NCBI GenBank assembly: GCA_040954595.2
Contig: CM082589.2
Coordinates: 9,436,894-9,500,893, forward strand
Direction: 5' to 3'
DNA: 64,000 nt
Source of the DNA: Balanoglossus misakiensis
Lineage: Eukaryota; Animalia; Hemichordata
Shown here: piece after piece, positions 50,821 through 63,802 of the stretch
Layout of the letters: each line of letters begins with the position of its first letter
Position numbering within the stretch: the stretch's first letter is position 1
Position numbers and translations under genes: made by a program
The notes under the pieces: model-generated
Told to the model about the DNA's origin: nothing
The model's input: the letters and a program-made list of their open reading frames with translations, nothing else
The model's database searches: none

Positions 50821-52076
50821 ATGATATGCTATATATGTGGCACTACAAGCAAGACCACCAATACTGAATGTGATGTATGTTCTACTACCCTAGTCTCTCT
50901 CACAACCCCACACACGGGTCACAAGAAGGGTAGTCCGTCGGATATCCAGGCTATAAACCGACGCATGCATGAGGTTCTCGGTCAAAGATCACTATACGAA
51001 ATACAGGACAGACTCATACAGCAGTTCGAGCAGTTTCTAGCCGCTACATCACCAACTACCAATTTCATAACGGCAAAACCTGAGGATGTCGTCAGATTCC
51101 TAATATACAAGGATAAAGACGCTAAAACGCAAATACACGTTGATACTTGTGACTTTTATGGAAGGACAGGCACAATGCCGTGTCATTGCCCCAGACGACT
51201 GAAATCAAGTACAATAAAAAACATGGTTTCAAAACTCGGCGTCTGTTTCAACTCAGTGTCGAATAATGCAAACCCGGCAAAATCCACGATGGTACTTAGG
51301 TACGTAAAAAAATATCGGAAGAACAAGCCAGAGCACATATTACCCCTAGACAAGCTAAACCACTGTTTCTAGAAAAAATGAAACGTATATTCAACCACGT
51401 ATTAAGTAAGGTAGACGTAGCAAGATCGCTCACCCAAATTTACATACTGGCCAGGGATTTAGCGTTCTTTAAACTACTTGCATTTTCCGGCGACAGGGCG
51501 GGTGATCTGGGGCATGTAAAAACACAAGAAATTCTACGTTTTCCAGACAACTGCGGCTTCATTTTCAATCACACCTATGGAAAAACTTTGAGAGGCGCAT
51601 CTTCAAATATGTTTGCCCTTAAACGATGTAAAGATGTGGATATTTGCCCAGTACACGCTGTAGAACAATACATCACATTGGCGGAAAGGATTGGGGTAAA
51701 CTTGTGCAGAGGTAATCTATTTCGGCCAACAACCCCGAGCGGTGAAGTCGAGCAACGCCCTCTATCATCCCAAACAGCGTACAGTCGCCTCAAATTGTAC
51801 CTACAGGAGCTAAACATGGATAGAGGGGAAACACCACACAGTCTCAGAAGCGCATGTGCGATCACATTATCCTTGGCGGGGGTGTTGTTGAGTGAGCTTA
51901 TGCGTCACATAGGTTGGCGTTCAGAAGATACAGCCAATCATTACACCAAACTATCTTCTGTGTCAGCGGCCCAAGGACCAGCCCAGAAGTTAAAAGAGGT
52001 GACTGATGCAGGAGAGATCCTGACGCGAAACTACGAACAGGCGAATGATCTAACAGACTTCACTATGGCATTCTAA
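50821..52076 (+). CDS. ALOG-domain tyrosine recombinase of a DIRS1-like retroelement, split by a -1 frameshift at A7 51306-51312
   Basis: ALOG signature DVVRFLIYKDKDAKTQIH..CDFYG..CHCPRRL..NPAKS..VLRYVK..EEQARA. YR catalytic set SGDRAGDL (R), GKTLR (K), HSLR, HIGW and HYTK (Y). N-terminal CxxC..CxxC. Confidence 0.88.
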
Positions 52077-52362
52077 ACCAGTCCGCTCCTTAATGGCACA
52101 ATAACCTAATTTACAGATGTATGGGGCTTGATTTCTGTACATAATCGTACCAAGAATAAAGTTCATATTTTAAAATTGACACGTGCTTTCATATATATTA
52201 TGGGTGTAGGAGTGGGTGTGTATGGGTATTGAAGGATTGGGTGGGAAATAGGAAAAGTTGTGCATCCATAAAGCAGGGAGTTTCGCATAACATAACATAA
52301 AACCCGGACCCACTCCTATAACAATAGGCATATTCTACAGCGGAGTTATGAGGCTTTAAATA
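52077..52362 (+). mobile_element. Putative right terminus of the DIRS-like element
   Basis: AATAAA at ~52155. Inverted pair TAGGAGTGGGT (~52207-52217) and ACCCACTCCTA (~52308-52318). Confidence 0.45.
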
Positions 52363-52365
52363 TTA

Positions 52366-55088
52366 TAGGTTTGGAAGCAACCATGGAAATTTTAGAACTA
52401 TCTCTCGATCTACAGAGTCTATAGTGGAAAACTTTCTTATGCACATATCCCTATCATGTGTTATGCACATCACAACAGAATTTTGTAAACAAACGAGGCT
52501 TTGTTTGGAAGCAACCATGGAAATTTTAGAACTATCCGTCGATCTACAGAGTCTAGTGGAAAACTTTCTTATGCGCATAGGCCTATCTATGTGTTATGCG
52601 CATCACAGCAGAAATCGGTAAATAAACGAGGCTGTGTTTGGAAGCAACCATGGAAATTTTAGAACTATCTCTCGATCTACACAGTCTAGTGGAAAACTTT
52701 ATTATGCACATAGGCCTATCATGTGTTCTGCGCCTCACAACAGAAATCGGTAAATAAACGAGGCTGTTTGGAAGCAACCATGGAAATTTTAGAACTATCC
52801 GTCGATCTACAGAGTCTAGTGGAAAACGTTCTTATGCGCATAGGCCTATCTATGTGTTATGCGCATCACAACAGAAATCGGTAAATAAACGAGGCTGTTT
52901 GGAAGCAATCATGGAAATTTTACAACTATCCGTCGATCTACAGAGTCTGGTGGAAAAATGTCTTATGCGCATAGGCATATCATGTGTTCTGCGCCTCACA
53001 ACAGAAATCGATAAATAAACGAGGCTGTTTGGAAGCAACCATGGAAATTTTACAACTATCCGTCGATCTACAGAGTCTAGTGGAAAACTTTCTTATGCGC
53101 ATAGGCCTATCTATGTGTTATGCGCATCACAACAGAATTCGGTAAATAAACGAGGGTGTTTGGAAGCAACCATGGAAATTTTAGAACTATCCGTCGATCT
53201 ACAGAGTCTAGTGGAAAAATGTTTTATGCGCATAGGCCTATCATGTGTTCTGCGCCTCACAACAGAAATCGGTAAATAAACTAGGCTGTTTGGAAGCAAC
53301 CATGAAAATTTTATAACTATCCGTCGATCTACAGAGTCTAGTGGAAAACGTTCTTATGCGCATAGGCCTATATATGTGTTCTGCGCATCACAACAGAATT
53401 TTGTAAACAAACGAGGCTGAGTTTGGAAGCAACCATGGAAATTTTAGAACTATCTCTCGATCTACAGAGTCTAGTGGAAAACTTTCTTAGGCACATAGGC
53501 CTATCTATGTGTTCTGCGCCTCAAAACAGAATTCCGTAAATAAACGAGGCTGTTTGGAAGCAAACATGGAAATTTTAGAACTATCTCTCGATCTACAGAG
53601 TATAGTGGAAAACGTTCATATGCGCATAGGCCGATCTATGTGTTTTGCGCATCACAACAGAATTTTGTAAACAAACGAGGCTTTGTTTAGACGCAACCAT
53701 GGACATTTTAGAACTATCCGTCGATCTACGGAGTCTAGTGGAAAACTTTCTTATGCGCATAGGCATATGTATGTGTTCTACGCATCACAACAGAATTCGG
53801 TAAATAAACGAGGCTGTTTGGAAACAACCATGGAAATTTTAGAACTATCCATTGATCTAAAGTTGAAAAGTTTCTTATGCGCATAGGCCTATCTATGTGT
53901 TCAGCGAATCACAACAGAATTTTGTAAATGAACGAGGCTGTGTTTGGAAACGACCATGGAAATGTTAGAACTATCTCTCGATCTACAGAGTCTAGTGGAA
54001 AACTGTATTATGCACATATGCCTATCTATGTGTTCTGTGCCTCCCAACAGAATTCCGTAAATACACGAGACTGTTTTGAAGCAACCATGGAAATTTTAGA
54101 ACTATCCATCGATCTAAAGTTGAAAAGTTTCTTATGCGCATAGGCCTATCTCTGTGTTCTGCGCATCACAACAGAATATTGTAAACAAACGAGGATGTGT
54201 TTGGAAGCAACCATGGAAATTTAAGAACTATCCGTCGATCTACAGAGTATAGTGGAAAACGTTCATATGCGCATAGGCCTATCTATGTGTTCTGCGCATC
54301 ACAACAGAATTTTGTAAACAAACGAGGCTTTGTTTGGAAGCAACCATGGAAATTTTAGAACTATCCGTCGATCTACGGAGTCTAGTGGAAAACTTTCTTA
54401 TGCGCATAGGCATATGTATGTGTTCTACGCATCACAACAGAATTCGGTAAATAAACGAGGCTGTTTGAAAACAACCATGGAAACTTTAGAACTATCCGTT
54501 GATCTAAAGTTGAAAAGTTTCTTATGCGCATAGGCTTATCTATGTGTTCAGCGCATCACAACAGAATTGTGTAAATGAACGAGGCTGTGTTTGGAAGCAA
54601 CAATGGAAATTTTAGAACTATCTCTCGATCTACACAGTCTAGTGGAAAACTTTATTATGCACATAGGCCTATCTATGTGTTCTGTGCCTCACAACATGAA
54701 TTCGGTAAATAAACGAGGCTGTTTGGAAGCAACCATGGAAATTTTACAACTATCTCTCGATCTACAGAGTCTGGTGGAAAACTTTCTTATGCGCATAGGC
54801 CTATCACGTGTTATGCGCCTCACAACAGAATTCCGTAAATAAACGAGGCTGTTTGGAAGCAACCATGGGAATTTAAGAACTATCTCTCGATCTACAGAGT
54901 CTGGTGGAAAACTTTCTTATGCGCATAGGCTTATCACGTGTTCTGCGCCTCACAACAGAATGTTGTAAACAAACGAGGCTGTGTTTGGAAGCAACCATGG
55001 AAATTTTAGAACTATCTCTCGATCTACAGAGTCTAGTGGAAAACTTTCTTAGGCACATAGGCCTATCTATGTGTTCTGCGCCTCACAC
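52366..55088. repeat. ~130-bp satellite, about 21 copies, with local 261-bp and 647-bp higher-order periods
   Basis: TTTGGAAGCAACCATGGAAATTTTAGAACTATC recurs every ~125-133 bp. ORF signatures repeat at 52850/53111 and 53683/54330. Confidence 0.95.
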
Positions 55089-55259
55089 AGCTCTGTATGT
55101 TTTGAGCTGATAGTGTGAATTTTCTATTTTTTGTGCATTTTTTGTCTTTTTCCACATTTTTGGTAAAAATCTACTTTTCTGGAATTGATCAGCCGACTTC
55201 TTTGAAATTTAGTATGGAGCTTCATATTAGGTGATCTGACTTATCAAAGTTTTGTTTAA

Positions 55260-57541
55260 AAGGCGGGTCTCGTCCCGAAATAGCCTTTGTTGATAAACAT
55301 TACTTTTACCCACAATGCACTGCAGAACATGTGTGCAAGCTGGAACAAGATGGCCGTGGTTTCTCTCGCATAAAGTCCAAAAAGGGGCCGTTGTACAAGT
55401 TGTGAGGCGTTTTGGAGCGTTTGGTCGTCCCGTATGGATGAGGTGTGCTCGGTAACGGTTATCGATCCACGAGTTTTGATTCAGAGACGGAAATTCTAGT
55501 CAAAATGACTGCCCAAAGATCGGTCGGGAATCGCCAGCTTTGCCCGGTATTTTGAGTGAGCAGGGCCGACTGTGGTGAAGGTATCGGCCGTACGACACAC
55601 AGCCCTGCCAGGCACAGAGCTTGGTCTCCACAATCAGCCTTTTGCTTCACACTGAAGTTGAACATGAACCAAAATGTTTCTTTTAGTGACAAACCGTCCA
55701 CTATTAAACAGTTCATCTGGAAAGTTTCGTGTATTTCTGACGGTGCGCCTTTATTTTGCGGCACAATTTTATGATGATCGATATATGCCCGTGTAGTATA
55801 TACATAGCGAATACGAGAGAAAATAGCTCGTATAAATGAAAACGGCAGACACCAAAGACGGCCCACAACAAAATCGACCTCGCTACGGACTGAAAGCACA
55901 CCATGGTATAAACCTTAGCTCAGTTCTTTGTCGATGTATTAATCTTTTACAGTACATTTATTTGTTTTAGCTGGCGTAAATCATCGCTGATCTCACCGCC
56001 TATTTGTAGGCCTATATCCGCACCTGAGCAATCGCTAGCAATTATCGCTGCCAATCCAAGCAGTTTTCTTCTCGGTTGATTACAAAGTCCTTCCCGTCGA
56101 ACACTGTATATACTGGTACACAGTCGGTGACTGTGACTGGTAATTTGTACATCTGCATATAATTTGCTTTCATCGCAGTCTTCCCCCATGAGCACGAGGC
56201 TTATTATCGTACACGGCAATGTTTGTTCTCTCTTCCGGGCCCAGCTTAGAAGCCGCCCGGTGTTCTGCGCACGTCAGCTGCACTGACCCAGCCAATCCAC
56301 CAAGAACGGTACACATTGATTTGTTGATCAAGTTCATACACTACACACATCCGTACAAAAAAGTGAACCAGACACTAGTTATACGAGTTACCCTAACATA
56401 AACACAGTTTTATTTGCTTAGTCTTATAATTACATGTACATGTAGTTCAGCTATATAGCTGTGGAAATTTCAACAGGGGCTGGAGACACATCTTTCCAAG
56501 GTCAGTTTCAAGTTGAATTGTGACTTGTGACAGATTGATCTGAAACAAAGATCAAGAAAAATATATCAGCATGACCTAATATCATAAAAACTTAGAGAAT
56601 GTCCTCGATAAAAAAAACGAATTATATGACGAAGCCATACAAGGACATTGTCCAACACTAGCCTTGCGTACAGTGATGTGCGTTCCCGAGCAGCGTCACA
56701 CATAACCCGGCATTGTACAGCCTCCATCGTGTAATGACGGGAGGCCGCATGAATTCTGGAACACAGGAGGGCTACAACATATTTGTTACAGTGAGTAGCT
56801 TCAATGTAGGGGCCTACTTTTACCGGTAGTACACAGACAAGTGACGGGCGAACCTCTCAACTGTCACAGACACTCACCTATCTGTTGTGGGCCGTACGGC
56901 CGTACGCTTGTGTTGTTGTGTCCGATGTCAAACGCTGTTCAAAGCGATTGTGTGCTGCAGCAACTGGATAGAAGTGCCGGACAAACTTTTTTGTTTACCC
57001 ATGGAGATAAACTCGCTGTAAGCCTTATATTTAATATGACGATCTCAACATGTAAACACACAAAAATGAATCAAACGCGAGTGGTTTGGACGTTAGGACA
57101 AGATAATCGCATCATATTTGGAGTCGGTTAGGGGGCAGAAGTAGACAGGGAAAGGATTTTGCTTCGATAAAATCGAATTTCGGCCGAAAAAGCTGCGGTC
57201 CGGATCCGGACCGCAGAAGCACCAGTTTTTTCTATGGCGCCTTGCAGGGCTGTGGTGGAGGCCGTGTAACACCGGGAACACACAGACCTGTACGCAGAGC
57301 TAGCGGTACACAGGCTTCTCTCACAAAAAATCAGAAAGGCTTTCGGCACTGAAATTTCTGCTGTAAATTCGAATTTGAATGGTGATCATAGTCTAAGAGT
57401 TATTCGTCATTCGCACATAATTATGGGATTTCTGAGCTCGTCGCACGTCGCGTTGCTGGAGAGGCCCCAGACCCAGTCGCGTTGCCAAAGAGTCCCACGC
57501 AAGGGCGCCCTCATAGGTTCATAGGTGACGAGATTCGCCCT
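55260..57541. mobile_element. Second TTAA-flanked, Kolobok-like non-autonomous element (2.3 kb, CpG-rich)
   Basis: TTAA at 55256 and 57542. Imperfect 15-bp TIR, AAGGCGGGTCTCGTC versus AGGGCGAATCTCGTC. The AT-rich repeat appears to resume after the insertion. Confidence 0.7.
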
Positions 57542-57723
57542 TTAAATTGCTGCAAAATTGTTATCTTATAATTTTGGAGTAATTTTTGCCTTTTTGATCA
57601 AAATTTCTTTTCATTAAAAATGCTTTTCAGATTGCTTTGAAATTTGGTAGGCATGTTCATAGCGGTACCCCAAGTAAGATTAGCATGTATGTTTTTCAAA
57701 TCAAGTTGAAGAATTCAATAGTA

Positions 57724-57883
57724 CAGTGAAACCGGTCTATTCAGGACACCTCTGGGACTGGAAAATGTGTCCGTAATAGACAGGTAATTTTCTTTTTAAA
57801 CTGTGACTTTTGTCTTGAAAAAATCTGTCCTTAATAGAGAGGTGTCCTGATTAGAGAGGTGTCCGTAATGACAGGTTTCACTG
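57724..57883. mobile_element. Tc1/mariner-pogo-type MITE
   Basis: TA-CAGTGAAACC...GGTTTCACTG-TA. Confidence 0.85.
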
Positions 57884-58789
57884 TATATTTTTGGGGTGTT
57901 TTCTGCCGTCAAACTCTTTCTCAGAACCCTCTACCCCCATTGCTTTGAAATTTGATTTGAAGGTTTCTGGGTGAGTTCTCATGATGATTTGCAAAACCTA
58001 TGATGACAGTTTTAATGTTTTGTGGGACACTGTCTTATTTTTTTTTGGGGGGGGGGGGCATATTTTCCAATTTTGATACAAACATATCATAGGTAATTTG
58101 GAACTTCCATATTTTGTAGAATATTTTGTCTTATACCACAAACAATTTTATCTCACGAAGAGCAATTGCCACTAAACCCCTAATGACATTTGTATCCACA
58201 GCAAATTCCTGCATGCTTACATAACTGGCTAACTGTTAATGAGACCAACTGTTCTATTTGGTGTATGTACAGTACACACATCATAGGCAGCTTATGGGTC
58301 AGTCAGTGTTAACCTGTTGATCTCTCGCTATGTGTGTGTGCACGTGTGTGTGTCTGTCTGTCTGTATATGGCCATGTACTCGGGTGTAGACTTTTTCTTG
58401 TGTAATCACTCAATGGGATCACTGTGTCCTTGACACGATTTTTACTTCTTGTTGTGCGTGTATCTTGAACAGCAACTCAAATGAGAATGTATCGTTATTT
58501 AAATTGACAAATCAGCCCATTATAGCTTGGTGTATTGCACTAGTCACTATAATAAGTATTGCCTACCTATCTAGCATGGCATAAATAGAGGTGACATATA
58601 TACTGATATGCAACCATCAAATCAGTTCTGATAGTGATTACTTGACTGTGTCTGAAGTTATTTAATCAACGTGAGTGATATGTCTGTTGTGTTCCAGTGC
58701 TCTCGGCCCATGTGTTCACATTTTTGCTTTCTCCGTTTTTGATATGTTTCACACTCACACTCACAGTCATCCTATAATTTTCTTTTCAG

Positions 58790-61700
58790 AAACCTAGAGG
58801 TGCCTCTCAGGACCGTACAGCAAGAGTCACAAGATCAGTGGTTTGCAGTGTGATTGCATCTCCAACTGACAACTTACAGGCTGATAATTGGCTCACAAAG
58901 CTGGTCATGCGGCTTATCCCACAACAATTACTGGTATGTACACTGTTGATTTTTGTGTGGATAACATTGTTTTTGAAAGTGAGAGACAGTATGTGTCACT
59001 ATTTGTTTTCATGCATGTGGGCAGTATTGCCAAATTTCATGTGAGAGGGCACTATCACTCGATGTTGTGCCACAGAACAATGTTGCCAATTTTTAGAAGA
59101 CTGGGTCACTGAATGTTAGAACTTCAAAGCAATATTATCCACTTGGCAAAATCAAATCAAACAGAATATTAGTAACACCATTGAATAGAATTTGCCCAAT
59201 AAGACAATCTCTTTCTCTCCTTTTATGAAGGTCACATAGGGACCATTAAGACGGTTCTGAAACGTCTCAGATCAAATACTGGCGTAAATTATTATGTGTG
59301 AATGGTTTAACTTGGTCCTGAAACGTCTCAGATCTGAGACGGCTTTGCCAGCCAGACCTTAGCTGGTGAAAGGATTAACACCTCTCCGCAACCTATTGTC
59401 TATGGGGCTGAGCCTCAGCGCCTATACATAAACTTTGTGTGTGTGGACATAACACGACTCCAAGGATTAATGCTCTGTGTTTACCATCGGCAAATAGTGT
59501 CTCAAATTTTACCGTGTGTGAACCTGGTATACCATACATGTAGCTGTATGCTATGAGTTATGGTGGTGTCAGTTTTTTCCCCACATCAATCACTTGGTGC
59601 CATGTTTTGCAACTCACACACTGTGGAGTTTCAGTTTATGAATAACAGCCAGGAAGCATACAGATCTCTCTTCAGAATAATGTCTGGAGGATTTGTAAGT
59701 ATTATCTTATAATTTCACTTTAAAATTGAAGGATCATGTCCATTGTACTGCCATGCAACTGCAACTGACACTTTACATATTAAAGGCCATTTTCTCAATC
59801 CCAGGGCAGAACAATGAAGGCAAATAACAAATCCTTAAGTTTGTGTTAGCATGCAACTGTTTATTGGAAAGAAAAGTTTTGACTCACTGTTGAGCAGGGC
59901 CTTTAAAGGGTCACTGTGTCTGCAATTTCTATTTTTAGCATTTTGTTCTGTATATCAACTGCACTTTCAAGTACAGTCAAACCCGTCTAACACCAAAGGG
60001 ACTGAAGAAATTGTTCGGATTGCAGGTGTCCAATTTAAAGAGGTTCTTTCAACATGTGGTTCCCTGTCAAAGGGTTTGAACAATGTCTTTGAAATAGACA
60101 GGTTTCCAGATTAGACAGGGTTCGGTTGAGACAGGTTTTACTGTATTTTGATACATGCTCTGGCTTAACCCTTTCACCACCATGGTTCAGTCTAAACCTG
60201 TTTGTTTTCTATGGGAAGGTTGGACCTCTAAAAAGGGAACTGGAGTTTTTTTCTGGGAATCTCTTTATTTCTTCTGTCACAAAAATTGCATTGGAATTCT
60301 AATTCTAAAAGGAGAACTGATTTCATAAAAGATCTCAAAGTCAAGTTTTGGATGTGGTTCCATTTCAAGTATTGAAGGTGACTAGTTTTTTCCGGAGTTC
60401 AAGTCTGTATACTTTAAGTAGAGTTGGACATATAGACTTGGGTAATCTGAGTGTGGTCAGAAATTGAACTTACACACATTGAGTTGAGTTAAAGAACATG
60501 TCTGGTGTATTACTGTAATATGACTAGATACTGCAAATGCATAAACAATAAGCGTATGTTAAAATACACAGTTTTCATCGATGTATCTGATTCAAGAAAT
60601 TAAATACACATGTTCATTAAAATCCACTATGATATAGCGCCCTCACTGTTCAGAATGTCCATTTTGAAGTCCTACATCTATGACGTCATGCCTAGCTGTC
60701 AATGTTAACTGATGTGTACTTGTACTACTAGTAAATGGAAGTACTTTAAAGTAAAGCTCAGATGCAAGGTTTTGTAAAATAAATATAATATTAAAATGTT
60801 GCCATCATTTTAGTCCTTTGGAACAGCTGTCCAATTGACTAATGTGATCACTCTGTGCGCGGCATATGGCATATTAAGCATTTAGTATTTTTCAATCAGA
60901 AGCCGTTAATCCTGTGATTAATTCTGATTCTTGCAACATTGATTTTAAATCACCACACATGAATAATTTTGTCCAAAGGACTGCGGTGCCCAAGTTTTTA
61001 TGATAAGATAAACAAACAGTGAAATTCACTGAAGAAGTGAGCGAGCACTTGCCCATTCATTGTTCAATGAAAGGTAACCACCAAAACAAAATTATTGAGA
61101 AAATAACCCGAAGTTGGAGTTACCAAGCTTTAAATTGATTTCAATTATTTCCCAAGTGAAAAGCTTGGATTGGCTGAAGCTCCTGTAGTCAGTTAGCTGT
61201 AGGGAGATTGACACAGATGACAATGTTTGAATGTTTACACTTTTCTTTGCTTGATCTTTTAGAGGAATATTCAAGCACTGCAGAAGAATCTAGAGATGGC
61301 ACAGAAAAAAAGAACTTGAATTGAAACAACAGCAAGATCAACATGCAAGACAAAGTCAACTCATAGCACTAAGACAACAACATCAACAACAACAGCAAGT
61401 ACAAAGGTTACAACAAAAGAGAGCCCAACAACAACAACAAGCAGTGCAAGCACAGCCATCCAATATACAATCAACAAATCAACAACTAAGTCACCTCTTA
61501 CAAGTAAGTTGTCATAATAATGTGTACAGTGAATATTTTGAAAACCAAGACTGGTACCCGTGGCACTTCTGGGAATTGTTATGTGGGGAAAAATAAAATC
61601 AGTTTTCTCAAAAAGGAGCTTTCTTGATGGTACAAATAACATTGGTCTGTGCCATTCCCAAAATTATTTTAATGTATTGAAGACCTGAAAGTCACACAGA

Positions 61701-63260
61701 ATAAATTCAATGCACTATTTGCCCAACATGACAACTTTTCCCCACACAGATTTTGATGTGGTGGGTATGGCCGCTTTGCCTCAAATCGGCCATACACACC
61801 ACACCTATTAATATTCATGAGTTTACTTTTCTTGTTTACGTACACTACTATAACAATTGGAAATCTAGAGAATGTCTATTTCATCAAGTTGACAACCCCC
61901 GCATGTGTAAGTCATGTACATAAACAAAAATAGTCTGGTGTGTGGAGCCTCCTCCCTTTTTCCAAGTCACCTACCTAAGCATGCCATAGATATATTGACG
62001 ATATAAACATTGGGAACAAAAGGATTAAGGGAGGTGTGACTGGTCCAACCTGTTCAGTTTTAGTGTGGGGGAAAAGCTGGAATGAAAGCAGACCTAAATT
62101 ACAGACAAAGAAATACAACAAATCTTGTCTCATTCTTATTTTCAATTCCTCTAGTTTTTCCATGGTACCAGTGTGGAAGCACTGATGATAAACTGTGGCA
62201 GACAGTTTTAAATGACGACAATCATCTTACTCTTATGCACATATGCGTTAATTTTGTGTGTACAAAATAACTTCCAATCCAAATATTCTGCACAATTTTA
62301 TGTGCGTGCATTCATAAAGTGGACTGCCTTCGCTTCCTTCTATATTTCTTGCACGCCATATAAGAAGAATTTAGTTTTGTCTCTTCTTTTCACTGAATTT
62401 GCTGTCTTTTCCTAATATATGACACAGACTATGGTTGTCGCCACCTTGTCTGTTGTTAAGACAGCACTTGTGGCATAGATAACAATTTTGTAACTAGAGT
62501 CTCTGCTTTGGCAAATGTGCGTTAGACGATCAATACCCTTTAACAAAACTCTGCTTAGAATTTAAATCATAATCTTTTCAAAATGTCTGCATCTGATTAC
62601 ATGGTGAATTAAAGCTGCAAGCAGTGTTCACCTGGCCCATTCGATTCCCAGGATTCCTACTAAATGCCAAGGATGATCTGCTGTGGATACCCAAAATTTT
62701 GTCAAAAAGTTTTGATCCTAAACTGATCTATGTCCTACAAAATCTTAACTTCTAGATCTATTGGTTAGCCTAGAATTAGGAGTGTACATAATTAATTAGG
62801 TCAACAGGGGTCTTGAAACTAACCAGCAAATTTTAGACACAGCCTGAATCAATGTCCCATTGTACAGTTACTATATGCTGCCCTAAATTTCAGTCTGATT
62901 GACAAATGTGAACAATGTTAAAGAGAGCTGTCTCATGATACATTGCCACCTTCTGTGAAGTGACTTTTAAAGAAAACCGTTTTGTTTGCATTCAACAGCA
63001 ACAGCAACAACAACAAGCCAGCAGAACACGTCCAAGCAACCATTCCACCACCAAAACAACAACCAGCAGAACACACCAAACATTGCAACAACAACAACAA
63101 CCACAGCAGTTATCACAACAACAACAGCTGTAACTAGGACAACAGCCAAGGCCGCGACCAAAGGTACCTCAGATGGACTTGGCACCCAGCTTGCAACAAA
63201 CACAGCAACAATCATGTAGTAATCTGTTGGCTGATGACCTGAGTCTTTTTGATATATCTG
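58790..63260 (+). pseudogene. MED25: Partial, disrupted Mediator subunit 25 (ACID/PTOV domain exons plus Q-rich C-terminus)
   Basis: Exon 58790-58933 encodes KPRGAS..TRSVVC..DNLQADNWLTKLVMRLIPQQLL. Exon 59587-59694 encodes QSLGAMFCNSHTVEFQF..YRSLFRIMSGGF. Exon 61263-61503 is Q-rich with LSHLL. The exon from 62999 ends ..NLLADDLSLFDI. Lesions: acceptor AT at 59585-59586, A7 frameshift at 61305-61311, TAA at 63131. Confidence 0.82.
59974..60143. mobile_element. Tc1/mariner-pogo-type MITE
   Basis: TA-CAGTCAAACC...GGTTTTACTG-TA. Confidence 0.8.
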
Positions 63261-63404
63261 AATCAATAAACTCATACAGGAAACTGACTATAATGAACAG
63301 GAGACTGTTCATGCCTTCATTACCATTGTAACTTCTATATACTAAATGAAACCCAGATGCCCAAAGAAATGTCAGAAATTTCTCAAGGTATGCGGGAATG
63401 TTCA

Positions 63405-63802
63405 AATATTCCAGACAGTATATGGCCATTTCTTTCTGCTTCCAAAACGAGCATCTAGAGTCATGCATGCCACTGGCCCAATAAAGCCTGATAGCCCTTG
63501 CTGAGAATTGTAATGTTACTAGCATCTCCCTTTAAGTCACTCACATAAACTAATCAGTGGTGATTGCTTGTAAGGTTATAGTGAAGGCAAGGCTAATTTA
63601 AATTCAAAATGGTAACCATCCTTAATCACACATGTGTATCCTTTGACCAATCATTGGAAAAACAAAGTGTGTGATTGACTTCAAAGGGACACTAGTTACA
63701 TCACAATTCTCAGCAAGGGGTATCAGGCCCTATTGGGCCAGTGACATGCATAGTTTCTGGAAGCAAATCAGACAAAATACAGCTATATACTAGACTAATA
63801 TT
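63405..63802. mobile_element. Old foldback MITE with ~150-bp imperfect arms
   Basis: CACTGGCCCAATA..CCTGATA.CCCTTGCTGAGAATTGT (~63471-63511) is the reverse complement of ACAATTCTCAGCAAGGGGTATCAGG..TATTGGGCCAGTG (~63703-63743). Confidence 0.7.

Noticed and set aside
51378-52076. Prophage integrase or bacterial contamination
   Set aside because: The ALOG-type N-terminus and the eukaryotic repeat context indicate a DIRS-like element. No phage genes are present.
52363-55110. ORFs within the 130-bp array
   Set aside because: Satellite translations with inconsistent frames.
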